Shown in pieces: positions 21,335 to 31,763 of a stretch of 64,000 nucleotides of DNA. Source of the DNA: an uncultured SAR86 cluster bacterium (lineage in GTDB: Bacteria; Pseudomonadota; Gammaproteobacteria; Magnimaribacterales; AG-339-G14); NCBI GenBank assembly GCA_902578495.1, contig CACHCY010000003.1, positions 32,337 through 96,336 on the forward strand. Reading direction: 5' to 3'. A program made the position numbers and the translations under genes. The notes beneath the pieces are model-generated. The model saw only the letters and a list, made by a program, of their open reading frames with translations. It did no database searches and was not told the DNA's origin. Within the stretch, counting starts at the first letter, position 1; the number at the start of each line of letters is the position of its first letter.

Positions 21335-23359
21335 ACTAATAAAAAAGGTAAAGTCTTCAGAAGTCTCCTTCAATACCGCAGTCTTTCCGCTTAAACCTCC
21401 ATGTCCGCCAATTAAGTTTATTCTAAAGAGAATTTTATTATTTGAAGTTGAAAGATCTCTTAATTTAGCAACGTATTTCGCAGGCTCATAGTATTGAACT
21501 TGTGAATCGAATAGCGAAGAAGTTACCAACATGTTCGGATATGGAAGATTGGATAAATTATCGTAGGGTGAATAACTCTTCATATAGTCGTAATCTTTTT
21601 TATTATTAGGATTGCCCCATTCATCGTATTCGAAAGTTGTTAATGGAATAGATTCATCAAGCATAGTTGTCACAACATCCATAAAGGGGACTGCTGCTAA
21701 AATACCTTTGTATAACTCTGGTGCTTCGTTTGCTATAGCACCCATTAATAAACCGCCGGCACTTCCTCCCATAGCGAAAACATTATCTTTATCTCCAACA
21801 CCTTTTTTTAAACATCCTTGAGTTACATCGATAAAGTCATAAAAGGTATTCTTCTTCTTGTACATACGTCCGTTCTCATACCAATGTTTACCCATTTCTG
21901 ATCCGCCACGAATATGCGCCAAAACAAATATAAAGTTTTCTTCTAATAAGGGCACAATACTGGAACGAAAATTTGCATCAATAATATGGCCGTAAGAACC
22001 ATATCCGTAAAAGAGTATGGGTTTTTTATGTAAGGGGGTCCCGTTATCCTTGTAAACAAGAGACGCTGGTATTTTTATGTTATTTCTAGATTTTAATGAA
22101 AGCCTTTCGACTTTTAAGCCTTTTGTGTCGCATTTAATTTTTGATTTCCAAATAACGGATCTTTTACCAGAAATTAAAGACTCCTTATAAACAGTCTCAG
22201 GTTTATTTAGCGATGAATACGCAAAACAAAAATAGTCAGCTTTTGGATCATGATTGCCTGCTAGAGAAACGTCATAACAAGGTTCATCAAATTTAATGTA
22301 TTCATGAGCCCCGTTTTTGGAATTAATTTTTAATATCCTAGGAAGACCATTTTCTCTTACATCAAGAAGGATATGATTTTTGAATATTTCAAAATCCAAT
22401 AGATATCTTTTTTTACTTTCTTTGAGGATGGGTTTCCATTTTTTAAATTGATGACAAACGGATAAATCAGAATATTTAAGAGAAAAGTTGTCCTGACCGC
22501 CCATGTTTGTCATGACATAAAACGCATTATTAAAAATATCTACGTAGTATTTATGTTTTTTCTTTCTCTTATGAATTAATTTCAATTTGATTGGATTATT
22601 TAATGAGAAGAATCGAACTTCATTTGCATTAGTCTGGCTGGAGTAAATAAAGCCATATTCTTTATCTCTTGAAATTCCTAAACTGCAATGAAATTGTGGG
22701 TCGGTTTCTTCAAATAAAAGTATGTCGTTTTTCTGAGAGGTTCCAATTGTATGAAGAAAAACTTGATTGCTCGTTAATGTCGTTTCATCTCTTTTGATGT
22801 AAATAATATTCTTTGAGTTTTTAGACCATATAAATTGTCCGTCCGTTCCGGAAATTTTATCTGACAGGTTTTCTCCTGCTTTTATATCTTTAACTTTGAT
22901 TGTGTATTCTCTGCGCCCATTGATATCTTCAGCGTATGCCAAAAATTGATTATCTTTGCAAGGTGAGACTCCTGAAACTTGATAAAATTTTTTATTTTTA
23001 GCTAATTTATTGATATCTAAAATCAATTCTTTCTTTGAATTTTTTTTCTTTGATCGATAGTATTTTCTATACTCATTTTTTTTTAGAGATTCCGAAAAAT
23101 AAAAAAATCCATTTCTTTTTATCTTTAAAGACTCATCTTTAGCAGGAATGTAACCATTTAGTTTTTTGAAATAATTTTCAGTAATATTTGATTGGGTTTT
23201 GATCCAATCATCATGATAAGCACGTTCAGTTTTTAAATAGTCAAGAACTGTCTTATTTTTTCTAGTGTCATCTCTTAGCCAATAATAGTTATCAATTCTT
23301 GAATCATTATGTTTTTTTAAAACCTTCTTGACTTTTTTAGCTTTAGGTAATGCCTTCAT
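21320..23359 (-). CDS. ptrB: Oligopeptidase B (S9A)
   Basis: RIDNYYWLR, YGYGSYG, HIRGG.EMG..WY, GGSAGG, VPFMDV, EWGNP. Confidence 0.93.
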   Translation of the reverse strand: MKALPKAKKVKKVLKKHNDSRIDNYYWLRDDTRKNKTVLDYLKTERAYHDDWIKTQSNITENYFKKLNGYIPAKDESLKIKRNGFFYFSESLKKNEYRKYYRSKKKNSKKELILDINKLAKNKKFYQVSGVSPCKDNQFLAYAEDINGRREYTIKVKDIKAGENLSDKISGTDGQFIWSKNSKNIIYIKRDETTLTSNQVFLHTIGTSQKNDILLFEETDPQFHCSLGISRDKEYGFIYSSQTNANEVRFFSLNNPIKLKLIHKRKKKHKYYVDIFNNAFYVMTNMGGQDNFSLKYSDLSVCHQFKKWKPILKESKKRYLLDFEIFKNHILLDVRENGLPRILKINSKNGAHEYIKFDEPCYDVSLAGNHDPKADYFCFAYSSLNKPETVYKESLISGKRSVIWKSKIKCDTKGLKVERLSLKSRNNIKIPASLVYKDNGTPLHKKPILFYGYGSYGHIIDANFRSSIVPLLEENFIFVLAHIRGGSEMGKHWYENGRMYKKKNTFYDFIDVTQGCLKKGVGDKDNVFAMGGSAGGLLMGAIANEAPELYKGILAAVPFMDVVTTMLDESIPLTTFEYDEWGNPNNKKDYDYMKSYSPYDNLSNLPYPNMLVTSSLFDSQVQYYEPAKYVAKLRDLSTSNNKILFRINLIGGHGGLSGKTAVLKETSEDFTFFISLVDS

Positions 23360-23451
23360 AATATTTAATTGTCTTTTATTCTTTGATCTTTATAATCCGC
23401 AACCATTAAGGATGATTACTTTAAAACTTTCACTTTACTAAGGAGATAAAT

Positions 23452-26400
23452 ATGAAATTTTTCCATCACCTCTTAATTGCATTATTCTTATTTTCCTCAA
23501 ACTTTTTCGCTCAATCTGATAACGAAGATTATACGCTTGAGGAGATAATTGTAACCGCGCAAAAAACAGAAAAATCATTACAAGATGTTCCTATTGCTGT
23601 TTCTGCTTTATCAGCTGATGATTTGGCTTTAAGACAAGCAGTGAGATTTACTGATTTGCAACTTAACGTTCCTAACCTAAGTTACTCAGAGACTAACTTC
23701 GGTGGTAGCTCGGTGTCTATCAGAGGTATTGGAAGACTTGCCACAGGAATTTCTTTTGACCAATCAGTAACCACACATATTAATGAATCTCCTTGGGGAG
23801 AAAATACAAACGTAGCAACCATGTTTGATATGGACAGAGTGGAAGTACTCAGAGGGCCACAAGGAACATTATTTGGAAGAGGGACTACCGCGGGATTAGT
23901 TAATCTAGTTACCAAAAGACCTTCTATAGATTCTGGTGTTGAGGGCTATGCCGGTTTTACAGCTGGAGACTACGATCTTCAAGTTTTTGAAGGTGCGGTA
24001 AATATTCCTTTAGATGATAATTTTGCAGTTAGAGCTGCTTATACCCAAACCGAACGAGATGGTTTTACAGAAAATTTATATGCTCCTGTAGGCGGCACCT
24101 TTGACGGAAGAGAACACTACGTTGGAAGAATTTCTTTACGATACGACACAGGAAATACTGTGATTGACTATATGTATCAAGAACATGAAGAGGAAAGCAC
24201 CAGAACTTTGAGAACTAATTATGTTTGTACACCAAGTACTAATATTGCTAGAGGTTGTACCTTAGATGGAGAGGGTATTGGAATTGCCAATCCTGCTGCT
24301 ACTTACAACGGAATTCTAGCTGCGGTCTTTCTAGAATCTGCTCCGTTAGGAGCCAATACGGCTGCTTATACAGCTTTTGGATTGAACGATGCACCAAGGC
24401 CTGACAACATGACTTTGCGACAGACGCACAGTGATTTTGTTCCAATCTTTGATCGCCAATCTGGAACTCATCAATTAACTATTTCTCATGACCTTGATAA
24501 AGGAAGGTTATCTTTAAATATGATGAATAGAGAATCTTCTTCTTACACAAGAATGGATACAACTCTGGCTGTTGAACCTTTGCTTGGAGTGAAGGTATCT
24601 GATAATCCTCTCACTTACGTTGGAGGTCTGATAAGTGTAGACATGCTAGATCATTGTGTAGCAGATCAGTGTGGAACAAAAGGACCAACTCAAGCAGAAA
24701 GATTAAGCGGTCAATCAGGTAAATACGTTTTACAAACTACCAACAGAAATTCTTTCATTGATGGATCCAGTAACGAACAACTTACCGAGTATTTAGAGCT
24801 TAAATACAGTTCTGATCTAGATGGAATTTTTAACTACATCGTGGGTATAAATCATTACGGGCACTACGAAGACGATAGTTACTTAACCACTTCTTCGCCT
24901 CTAACATTGTTAGGAGATGCTCAATTCTTTGTACCAACCACATTTGGTAATACAAATGAGTATGCATTAGAAGCAAACGGTTTATTTGGAGAGCTTTATT
25001 TCGACGTTCAAGATAACTTAAGAATTACTCTTGGATTACGTTACGGAGAAGAAAAGAAAATCAATGATATCGTTACCACGACCTACGGACAAGCAAGAAA
25101 TGTTGGAGCATTTGCTGGAGTTCCCTGGTTATTGGTGGATGGTGATTTGTATAACTGTTTTGAAGGCATTGCTGGTGCATTTGGGCAAGCTCCAGATCAA
25201 GCAGTCATTGGTCAAATATTAACTGGTCAAGCAAGTAACGGTTGTGGGGTAGGTGACCAGGAAACTGTAGATCTATATGGAGTATCTGCGCAAGTAAATG
25301 CTGCTTCAGCAGCATTAGCTGGCGGTATTGCTGCAGCTGGGCAAATTGCTGATCCTCAACAACAAGCTATTGCTACTGGAACAGCTTATGCAACTTATTT
25401 CATGTCAGTAAAAGACTTAGTTCCAGCTCTTTACGATAGAAGTGAAGATTACAACAAGCCTGGATGGGAGTCGTATCAAAAAAATAAACTTGATTACACA
25501 ACAACTGCAGGAAGATTAATCGTTGATTACGCATTCGGTGATGACTCCCTTTTGTATGCATCTTATTCGAGAGGTACTAAACCAGCTGGTATCAATCCTC
25601 CAATTAATCCAAGGATTTATGAAAAAGGTTTAATTCCCGCTAACACAGTTGAAGAGAAAGTTGATTCGTACGAAATTGGTATCAAGTCAATTTTGCTTGG
25701 CGGTCAAATGAGGCTAAATACTTCTCTGTTCTATAACAAATACACCGATATGCAAATATCAAGGATTCTAGCGACTACAACTTTTAACTTTAATATCGAT
25801 TCAGAAAACTACGGTGCAGAAATTGAAATGGATTACGTTCCAGCTGCAGCTCCTAATTTAAGATTAGATTTTATGTTTGCATACATTAAAACTAAGATCA
25901 TGGATGATGCGTTAACGATCGATCCATTTAATATTTCTGCCGAAGGCACCAAATATTTTGATGCTAAAAATACTGTCTACAAATGTATCGATTTGTTCTA
26001 CGAAGGTGAAGGTTGTGTTGCAAACACATTCATCGCCGATAAAGATCTTGTAAACGCAGCTCAAGCAGTTTTAGCTAGTTTGGATGCCTGGTTGCCGGTT
26101 CCTGGAACTACTCAAGCTGATGGTCATCCGATCTACATGTCTAGGGTAGCATTATCAGCTCTCGGCATACCTACTACGACTGGAGTTAAACAAAGTATTG
26201 ATGGCAATAGACTTCCTAACACTCCTGAATTAACTACCTCTCTAGGTCTTTCTTATAACTTTGAGGTAGGCAACGGCATTTCTGTCGTCCCAAACATTTA
26301 TTACTATTACCAAAGTGATATGTATGTAAATGAATTCAATAATGCTCTTTACGGAAAAGTTGATGCTTGGGATGAACTTAATATTGGTTTAACTGTTGGA

Positions 26401-26562
26401 GATATTGAAAACCAATGGTATTTCAGATTTTTCTCAAGAAATGCGCTCGATGAAGATAACATTACTTGGAAATATAACTCTACTGATGTGACAGGAAATT
26501 TCCAAAGTTACTTCTTGAGAGACCCAAGAGTAACTGGAATAGAGTACAGATATAGATTCTAA
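23452..26562 (+). CDS. TonB-dependent receptor 1
   Basis: Signal peptide, TonB-box region LEEIIVTAQK, RVEVLRGPQGTLFG, C-terminal YRYRF. Confidence 0.95.
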   Translation: MKFFHHLLIALFLFSSNFFAQSDNEDYTLEEIIVTAQKTEKSLQDVPIAVSALSADDLALRQAVRFTDLQLNVPNLSYSETNFGGSSVSIRGIGRLATGISFDQSVTTHINESPWGENTNVATMFDMDRVEVLRGPQGTLFGRGTTAGLVNLVTKRPSIDSGVEGYAGFTAGDYDLQVFEGAVNIPLDDNFAVRAAYTQTERDGFTENLYAPVGGTFDGREHYVGRISLRYDTGNTVIDYMYQEHEEESTRTLRTNYVCTPSTNIARGCTLDGEGIGIANPAATYNGILAAVFLESAPLGANTAAYTAFGLNDAPRPDNMTLRQTHSDFVPIFDRQSGTHQLTISHDLDKGRLSLNMMNRESSSYTRMDTTLAVEPLLGVKVSDNPLTYVGGLISVDMLDHCVADQCGTKGPTQAERLSGQSGKYVLQTTNRNSFIDGSSNEQLTEYLELKYSSDLDGIFNYIVGINHYGHYEDDSYLTTSSPLTLLGDAQFFVPTTFGNTNEYALEANGLFGELYFDVQDNLRITLGLRYGEEKKINDIVTTTYGQARNVGAFAGVPWLLVDGDLYNCFEGIAGAFGQAPDQAVIGQILTGQASNGCGVGDQETVDLYGVSAQVNAASAALAGGIAAAGQIADPQQQAIATGTAYATYFMSVKDLVPALYDRSEDYNKPGWESYQKNKLDYTTTAGRLIVDYAFGDDSLLYASYSRGTKPAGINPPINPRIYEKGLIPANTVEEKVDSYEIGIKSILLGGQMRLNTSLFYNKYTDMQISRILATTTFNFNIDSENYGAEIEMDYVPAAAPNLRLDFMFAYIKTKIMDDALTIDPFNISAEGTKYFDAKNTVYKCIDLFYEGEGCVANTFIADKDLVNAAQAVLASLDAWLPVPGTTQADGHPIYMSRVALSALGIPTTTGVKQSIDGNRLPNTPELTTSLGLSYNFEVGNGISVVPNIYYYYQSDMYVNEFNNALYGKVDAWDELNIGLTVGDIENQWYFRFFSRNALDEDNITWKYNSTDVTGNFQSYFLRDPRVTGIEYRYRF

Positions 26563-26577
26563 AATTATATTTAGATT

Positions 26578-26613
26578 AAAAAGCCTCTTTTAAATACAAA
26601 GGGGCTTTTTTTT
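26578..26613 (+). terminator. Intrinsic terminator after TBDR1
   Basis: AAAAAGCCTCTTT-loop-AAAGGGGCTTTTTTTT. Confidence 0.8.
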
Positions 26614-26758
26614 ATAAAAACACTAAATTTCAAAAATGAATAAAATCGTTTAATTTTTGCTAAATTTAAGATAGATTAGATGTTAAATACCTAAAAAAGG
26701 GAGTTTTTTAGGTTATTTCTACATGGAAGTTTAACTCAAAACAAAAAAGGGGAATGTT

Positions 26759-29700
26759 ATGAGTATAAAGAATTTATCTTCGTCGTTTCTTGTCCTGACG
26801 CTAATTTTTACTGGTATAGCTTTTTCTCAAGACAGTGGTCTTGAAGAAGTAACGGTAACTGCACAAAGACAAGAGCAAAGTCTTCAGGACATACCGTTGG
26901 CGGTATCAGCTCTTACAGAAGACGATTTATTTGAACAACAAATTGAGGGTCCAAGTGATCTTCAATTAACTGTACCTAGTTTGAGGTTTGGATCTGACCA
27001 ATTCTCTGGCGGTGGTGGTTTTGAAATTAGGGGTGTTACCAACCTTGCTGTTTCTGCGACTGCCGATGCTGGTGTAGCTACGCACGTTAACGATTTAGCT
27101 ATCGGATCGACTACTTTGCAGGATGGTAACTTCTTTGATATGCAAAGAATTGAGGTCATTAGAGGTCCTGCTGGAACTTTATTCGGTCAAAACTCTGTTG
27201 GTGGTGCTTTAAACTTCATCACAGCTAAAGGTGATACTTCAGGTTTCTACGGTAATGTTAGAGCAGATGTTGGCGATTACGGCAGATTAGGAACTACAGC
27301 GGTTTTTAACATTCCTTTAGATGACAAAGTTGCTTTGAGAATTGCAACGAATACTTTAGTTCAGGACGGCTTAATAGAAAATACTTATAAAGGTTCTGGT
27401 GGATTTCAAAATACAGACAATAGAAATCAATCAGCATATCGAATGACTTTAACCGTTGAAGCTACTGACAACACTACTATTAATGTTGTTCATCAAGGAT
27501 CTATAGAAGATTCAAACAGAAACTTATTTGCTGGTACATGGTGTGATCGAGATCCATCGCTCGTTGTCGGTTGTACCCCAGTTGAAGTCCAGAATCAAAA
27601 ATTTGAAATTACTCATCCAATGGGTACTTTTGTTGAAAACCTTCTTGTTGCTATGGGAGTGCTTGATTTTACTCCTGTGACAGATATGAGTGGTGCTCCA
27701 CAAGAATTCTGGCAAGTTAATCAAAGAGGAGCTCCTCTTTATCAAGTTGATGAGTACCTCACTCAGCTTATTATTGAGCATCAAATTAATGATGACTTAA
27801 GCTTAACTGCAGCTGCATCAAGAAAAGATAGAAAATTTTTAAGACAAAGTTCTTATGCATCCCCAACTCTGCAAGCTTTAAGATTTAAAGACACTCCTGC
27901 ATCTCCTGGCGGGTTAGTTGTGATGTCTGGTTACAGTCCTGGCAGAGATGGAGGTTTTGCTTCAAATCCTGCAGGATGTGACGATGTCACCGCTGGTTTA
28001 TATGGTCAATACGGTGGATGTGTTCTAGATACTTTGAGTTATCCAACTGGATTTGACCATTCAAACGCACTTTCAGACACAGATAGCGTCGAAATGAAAA
28101 TTTCATCTGACTACGATGGCAATCACAATTTCTTAATTGGTTTAAATCACACTGATACTTTTTCTGATAACCATTACGATGTTGGAGCTACAGGTCTGGA
28201 TGCATTAGCATTTAAACCTCCTGCGCTTTATGTTGGACCTACCAATGCTGCTTTAGGCATTCAACTTTATCCTTCTCTTTACAGGACGGACTCATTGAAC
28301 ACAATAACTTCTTCATCAGTGTTTGGAGAGTACTATTTCCAAGCTAGAGATGACCTTAGATTAACTTTTGGTCTTAGGTACAACGAAGACTATAAAGAAA
28401 GTTTATCTAGACAAGCTTTTGTAAACGTTGCTGGATATGCTCCAGGAGTAGTATCTGATGGTGCAGCGGCTGCAATAGTAGGCACCTTGCCTTCTTCAGC
28501 GCAAACAGATCCTCTTATTGCTGGAATGGCAGATACAGTTGCAGCTCAACAAGCGGGATTACTTCCTGCTGGTGCTGCTGCTGCTCTATGGGAAAGCGTA
28601 TTTTGTCCTTCTAACGGTGGATTCTGCGCATTAGCTGGTTCTATACCTGACTACGGTGAAGTTTATAGAACTACAACAGGATTTGATCCTGAAATGGAAT
28701 TTAGCTCAACTACCGGTAGATTTGTAGTTGATTATTTCATAAACGATGATTCCATGATGTATGCCTCTATTTCTAAAGGATTTAAAGGTGGGGGTATTAA
28801 CCCTGCAGTTGATCCTATAGTTTTCCCTAACGTTCCTCTTGCATTCCCTGAAACAAATGTCTGGAACGTTGAAATTGGATTCAAAAACGAATTTCCTGAT
28901 GCTGGCGTAAGATTTAACGCAGCTGTATTTGCATCTCAATTCGATGGATATCACGTAACAAAAATTATTAAGAAAACATCTCTTAACGAAGGTGTTGACG
29001 TAGATATTATGGGTGCTGAGTTTGATTTACTGTACGTACCACCTTCAGTTCCTGGTTTAAGCGTAAATGCTAGTTTAAGTTTTACTCAATCAACTATTGC
29101 TGATGGCGAATCTGCTCTTGACCCGCATAACCACGATCTTCAACTTACAGGTGGTGGCAAAGATTGGCATTTAATGAAAGATGTTGAATCTGAGTTCTTT
29201 ATTGTCAAGAAAGAGGCTCTAGCAGCTATATGGAATTCTTGGTTAACAGAAACTGTAACTGGTGGTGCCGCTACTACTCCTTTAGATGGAATTGTTGCAG
29301 CTTCTGCTGGAACTGTTTCAACTGAAGATCTTATGGCCGGATTAATTCCAGCTGAATTTCACGGTGACAGAACATTAGGTCAACCGACTCCAGTGAGTTA
29401 CTTAGTTCCTGCTTTAGGACTTACTCCTGCAGAAGGACACTTACCATCATTAGCGGATAGAAGTGCACTTGGAACGATGGCTCAACTTCATGGATTTAAT
29501 TTGAATCCAGCTGCGCCAGATATACAAGATGGTCTTGATTCTGATTTGTCTGGAAACCAATTAGTTCACCCAGACGTAATGGCAAATGTTGGACTTGGTT
29601 ATGAACTTGATGCTGGGCCTGTAATGGTTAACTTTAGATTGGACTATTATTATCAAGGTTCTAGATACGTTCGTATCTTCAATCTTCCAAGTGATAAGTT

Positions 29701-29902
29701 AGATCCATGGAACGAACTTTCAGCTCAGATCACAGTTACTCCATCTGATAAAGCTTGGTTTGTTTCATTCTATGGTCAAAATATTACCGATGAAGAAAAC
29801 ATTGACTTTATGGGTCTAGGAAGTTCAGCTGTTGGTAATACAAGAGGAATTGCTGCAAGAGAAAGAGCTAGATACGGAGTTAGAGCTGGATATAATTTCT
29901 AA
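26759..29902 (+). CDS. TonB-dependent receptor 2
   Basis: GLEEVTVTAQRQEQSLQ, RIEVIRGPAGTLFG, C-terminal GYNF. Confidence 0.95.
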   Translation: MSIKNLSSSFLVLTLIFTGIAFSQDSGLEEVTVTAQRQEQSLQDIPLAVSALTEDDLFEQQIEGPSDLQLTVPSLRFGSDQFSGGGGFEIRGVTNLAVSATADAGVATHVNDLAIGSTTLQDGNFFDMQRIEVIRGPAGTLFGQNSVGGALNFITAKGDTSGFYGNVRADVGDYGRLGTTAVFNIPLDDKVALRIATNTLVQDGLIENTYKGSGGFQNTDNRNQSAYRMTLTVEATDNTTINVVHQGSIEDSNRNLFAGTWCDRDPSLVVGCTPVEVQNQKFEITHPMGTFVENLLVAMGVLDFTPVTDMSGAPQEFWQVNQRGAPLYQVDEYLTQLIIEHQINDDLSLTAAASRKDRKFLRQSSYASPTLQALRFKDTPASPGGLVVMSGYSPGRDGGFASNPAGCDDVTAGLYGQYGGCVLDTLSYPTGFDHSNALSDTDSVEMKISSDYDGNHNFLIGLNHTDTFSDNHYDVGATGLDALAFKPPALYVGPTNAALGIQLYPSLYRTDSLNTITSSSVFGEYYFQARDDLRLTFGLRYNEDYKESLSRQAFVNVAGYAPGVVSDGAAAAIVGTLPSSAQTDPLIAGMADTVAAQQAGLLPAGAAAALWESVFCPSNGGFCALAGSIPDYGEVYRTTTGFDPEMEFSSTTGRFVVDYFINDDSMMYASISKGFKGGGINPAVDPIVFPNVPLAFPETNVWNVEIGFKNEFPDAGVRFNAAVFASQFDGYHVTKIIKKTSLNEGVDVDIMGAEFDLLYVPPSVPGLSVNASLSFTQSTIADGESALDPHNHDLQLTGGGKDWHLMKDVESEFFIVKKEALAAIWNSWLTETVTGGAATTPLDGIVAASAGTVSTEDLMAGLIPAEFHGDRTLGQPTPVSYLVPALGLTPAEGHLPSLADRSALGTMAQLHGFNLNPAAPDIQDGLDSDLSGNQLVHPDVMANVGLGYELDAGPVMVNFRLDYYYQGSRYVRIFNLPSDKLDPWNELSAQITVTPSDKAWFVSFYGQNITDEENIDFMGLGSSAVGNTRGIAARERARYGVRAGYNF

Positions 29903-31604
29903 AGTAAAGCTTAATCTACAAAAAACCCTGCTTTTATGTGGGGTTTTTTGTCTTGTCTTGTCTTGTAGTGATAATTTACATTTAAACATTGAAATAGAAT
30001 CTGGATTAATTGAAGGTTACGAGTCAGAAGACGGAACTATAAAATTTTTGGGTATTCCATATGCAGAACCTCCATTGGAAAATTTAAGATGGAAGCCACC
30101 TGTAAAAAAATTACCTTGGTCTGGGACTCTCAAAACTGTTGAACCAGAAAAAGCTTGTAGTCAACCAACAAATGATAGGACTGGAAATAATGCATTCTAT
30201 AAGTTGATACTTCAGGAATCAGGATTAGATCTATCGTCGTTAGAAGAAGTATCAGGATTTGATGAAGTTTCTGAGCTAAACACATCAGAAGATTGTTTAT
30301 ATCTTAATGTTGTAGTTCCTAAAGGTGGAGTTAAGAAGAAACCAGTTATGTTTTGGATTCACGGTGGGGCAGGTAGATGGGGCTCAGGACATGAAGGTAA
30401 TTATACTAGTTCATATCTTCCAAATCAGGGAGATGTGATTATTGTCACAATTCAATATAGGTTAGGTATTTTTGGCTGGTTAGCACATCCCGAACTCTCT
30501 AATGAATCAATACATGGTGTATCAGGAAATTATGGTACTTTAGATCAAATTCTTGCGTTGGAGTGGGTTCAGGAAAATATTTCAAGCTTTGGTGGAGATC
30601 CTAATAACGTCACTATTTTTGGTGAGTCTGCTGGAGGACAAGCAGTATCTTCTTTACTCATGTCACCACTTACAAAAGGTCTATTTCATAAAGCTATTTC
30701 TCAAAGTGGCTCAGCCATACCCAATATATCAATTCCATTGAAGGCTTCAGATTCTGGCGTCTCAGCAGAGAACTTTGGTATAAATGCAGTAAATTTTTTT
30801 CTTGGTCAAAGTGGATCGATTGAAGATTTTAGAAAGCTTCCAGCAAGAGAAATTGTTGAAATTAATGATCCTATGCTTGATAACACCATAATGGCTAACA
30901 TAAGCGGTCAAATTGTAGACGGTTACGTATTTCCAATTAACAGTTTGCAATCTTTTAAAAAAGGGAAAAATCATAAAGTTCCATATTTAATTGGATTCAA
31001 TGCAAACGAAGGAACGAGTCTCTTACCTTTAATTATAGATAAACAAATGTTTTCTTATTTTGGAGATACTTGGCCGTATGTTATTTGGTCATTCATTGAC
31101 CCAGAAGCAGCTCTTATGGCTTTTACTGATCCCTCTAAATTATCACCACCACCTGATCAATATTTAAACCTTATTGATACCAATGTAGATCCTTATAAAA
31201 CTGCAATTGATCTCTGGGGTGAAATGTTTTTTGGTGCTCCTGCATTTCATGCAGCTTTAAACCATAGTGAGCTAGCAAATACCTATTTATATTATTTTGA
31301 TGTTGATTTAAACGTTCCAAGTGATTATCTCGGTGCCACACATGCTCTTGAGCTAGGCTATCTATTTAATGAAGGTGGACTCTTCGGAATTGAAGAAACC
31401 ATAACTGATACGGATAGGATGATTGCAAAAGAGATTCGTAATGATTGGATTGAGTTTGCTAAACATGGGCGTATTGAGAGTTATATACCGTTTAGCTCTA
31501 AAAACCCTACTGCAAAAATTTATTCAACCAATATCAAAAATTCTCGTTTATGGAATGAAAATTTCTATAAATTTATGAGTGATTACTGGGATTCAACTAA
31601 TTAA
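29832..31604 (+). CDS. Type-B carboxylesterase/lipase, probable lipoprotein (start uncertain)
   Basis: FLGIPYAEPP..LRWKPP, SEDCLYLNV, WIHGG, FGESAGG, GATHALEL; lipobox VLSC. Confidence 0.9.
   Translation: MVIQEELLQEKELDTELELDIISKVKLNLQKTLLLCGVFCLVLSCSDNLHLNIEIESGLIEGYESEDGTIKFLGIPYAEPPLENLRWKPPVKKLPWSGTLKTVEPEKACSQPTNDRTGNNAFYKLILQESGLDLSSLEEVSGFDEVSELNTSEDCLYLNVVVPKGGVKKKPVMFWIHGGAGRWGSGHEGNYTSSYLPNQGDVIIVTIQYRLGIFGWLAHPELSNESIHGVSGNYGTLDQILALEWVQENISSFGGDPNNVTIFGESAGGQAVSSLLMSPLTKGLFHKAISQSGSAIPNISIPLKASDSGVSAENFGINAVNFFLGQSGSIEDFRKLPAREIVEINDPMLDNTIMANISGQIVDGYVFPINSLQSFKKGKNHKVPYLIGFNANEGTSLLPLIIDKQMFSYFGDTWPYVIWSFIDPEAALMAFTDPSKLSPPPDQYLNLIDTNVDPYKTAIDLWGEMFFGAPAFHAALNHSELANTYLYYFDVDLNVPSDYLGATHALELGYLFNEGGLFGIEETITDTDRMIAKEIRNDWIEFAKHGRIESYIPFSSKNPTAKIYSTNIKNSRLWNENFYKFMSDYWDSTN
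29920..29949 (+). terminator. Intrinsic terminator/attenuator after TBDR2, inside the esterase 5' coding region
   Basis: AAAAAACCCTGC-TTTTAT-GTGGGGTTTTTT (two G-U pairs). Confidence 0.65.
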
Positions 31605-31763
31605 TAAATAAGTAGGTATTTATATTATTTATACTTAACTATAAAAGTTGAGGTTGACTCAAAACAAAATTATAAAATTCAAAAAATAAAAATATTTAAA
31701 TTTTTACTGAATTAAGTTAGATTACTCATTAATTCAAGGAAGAAAACTTAAACAGGGAGTGTT

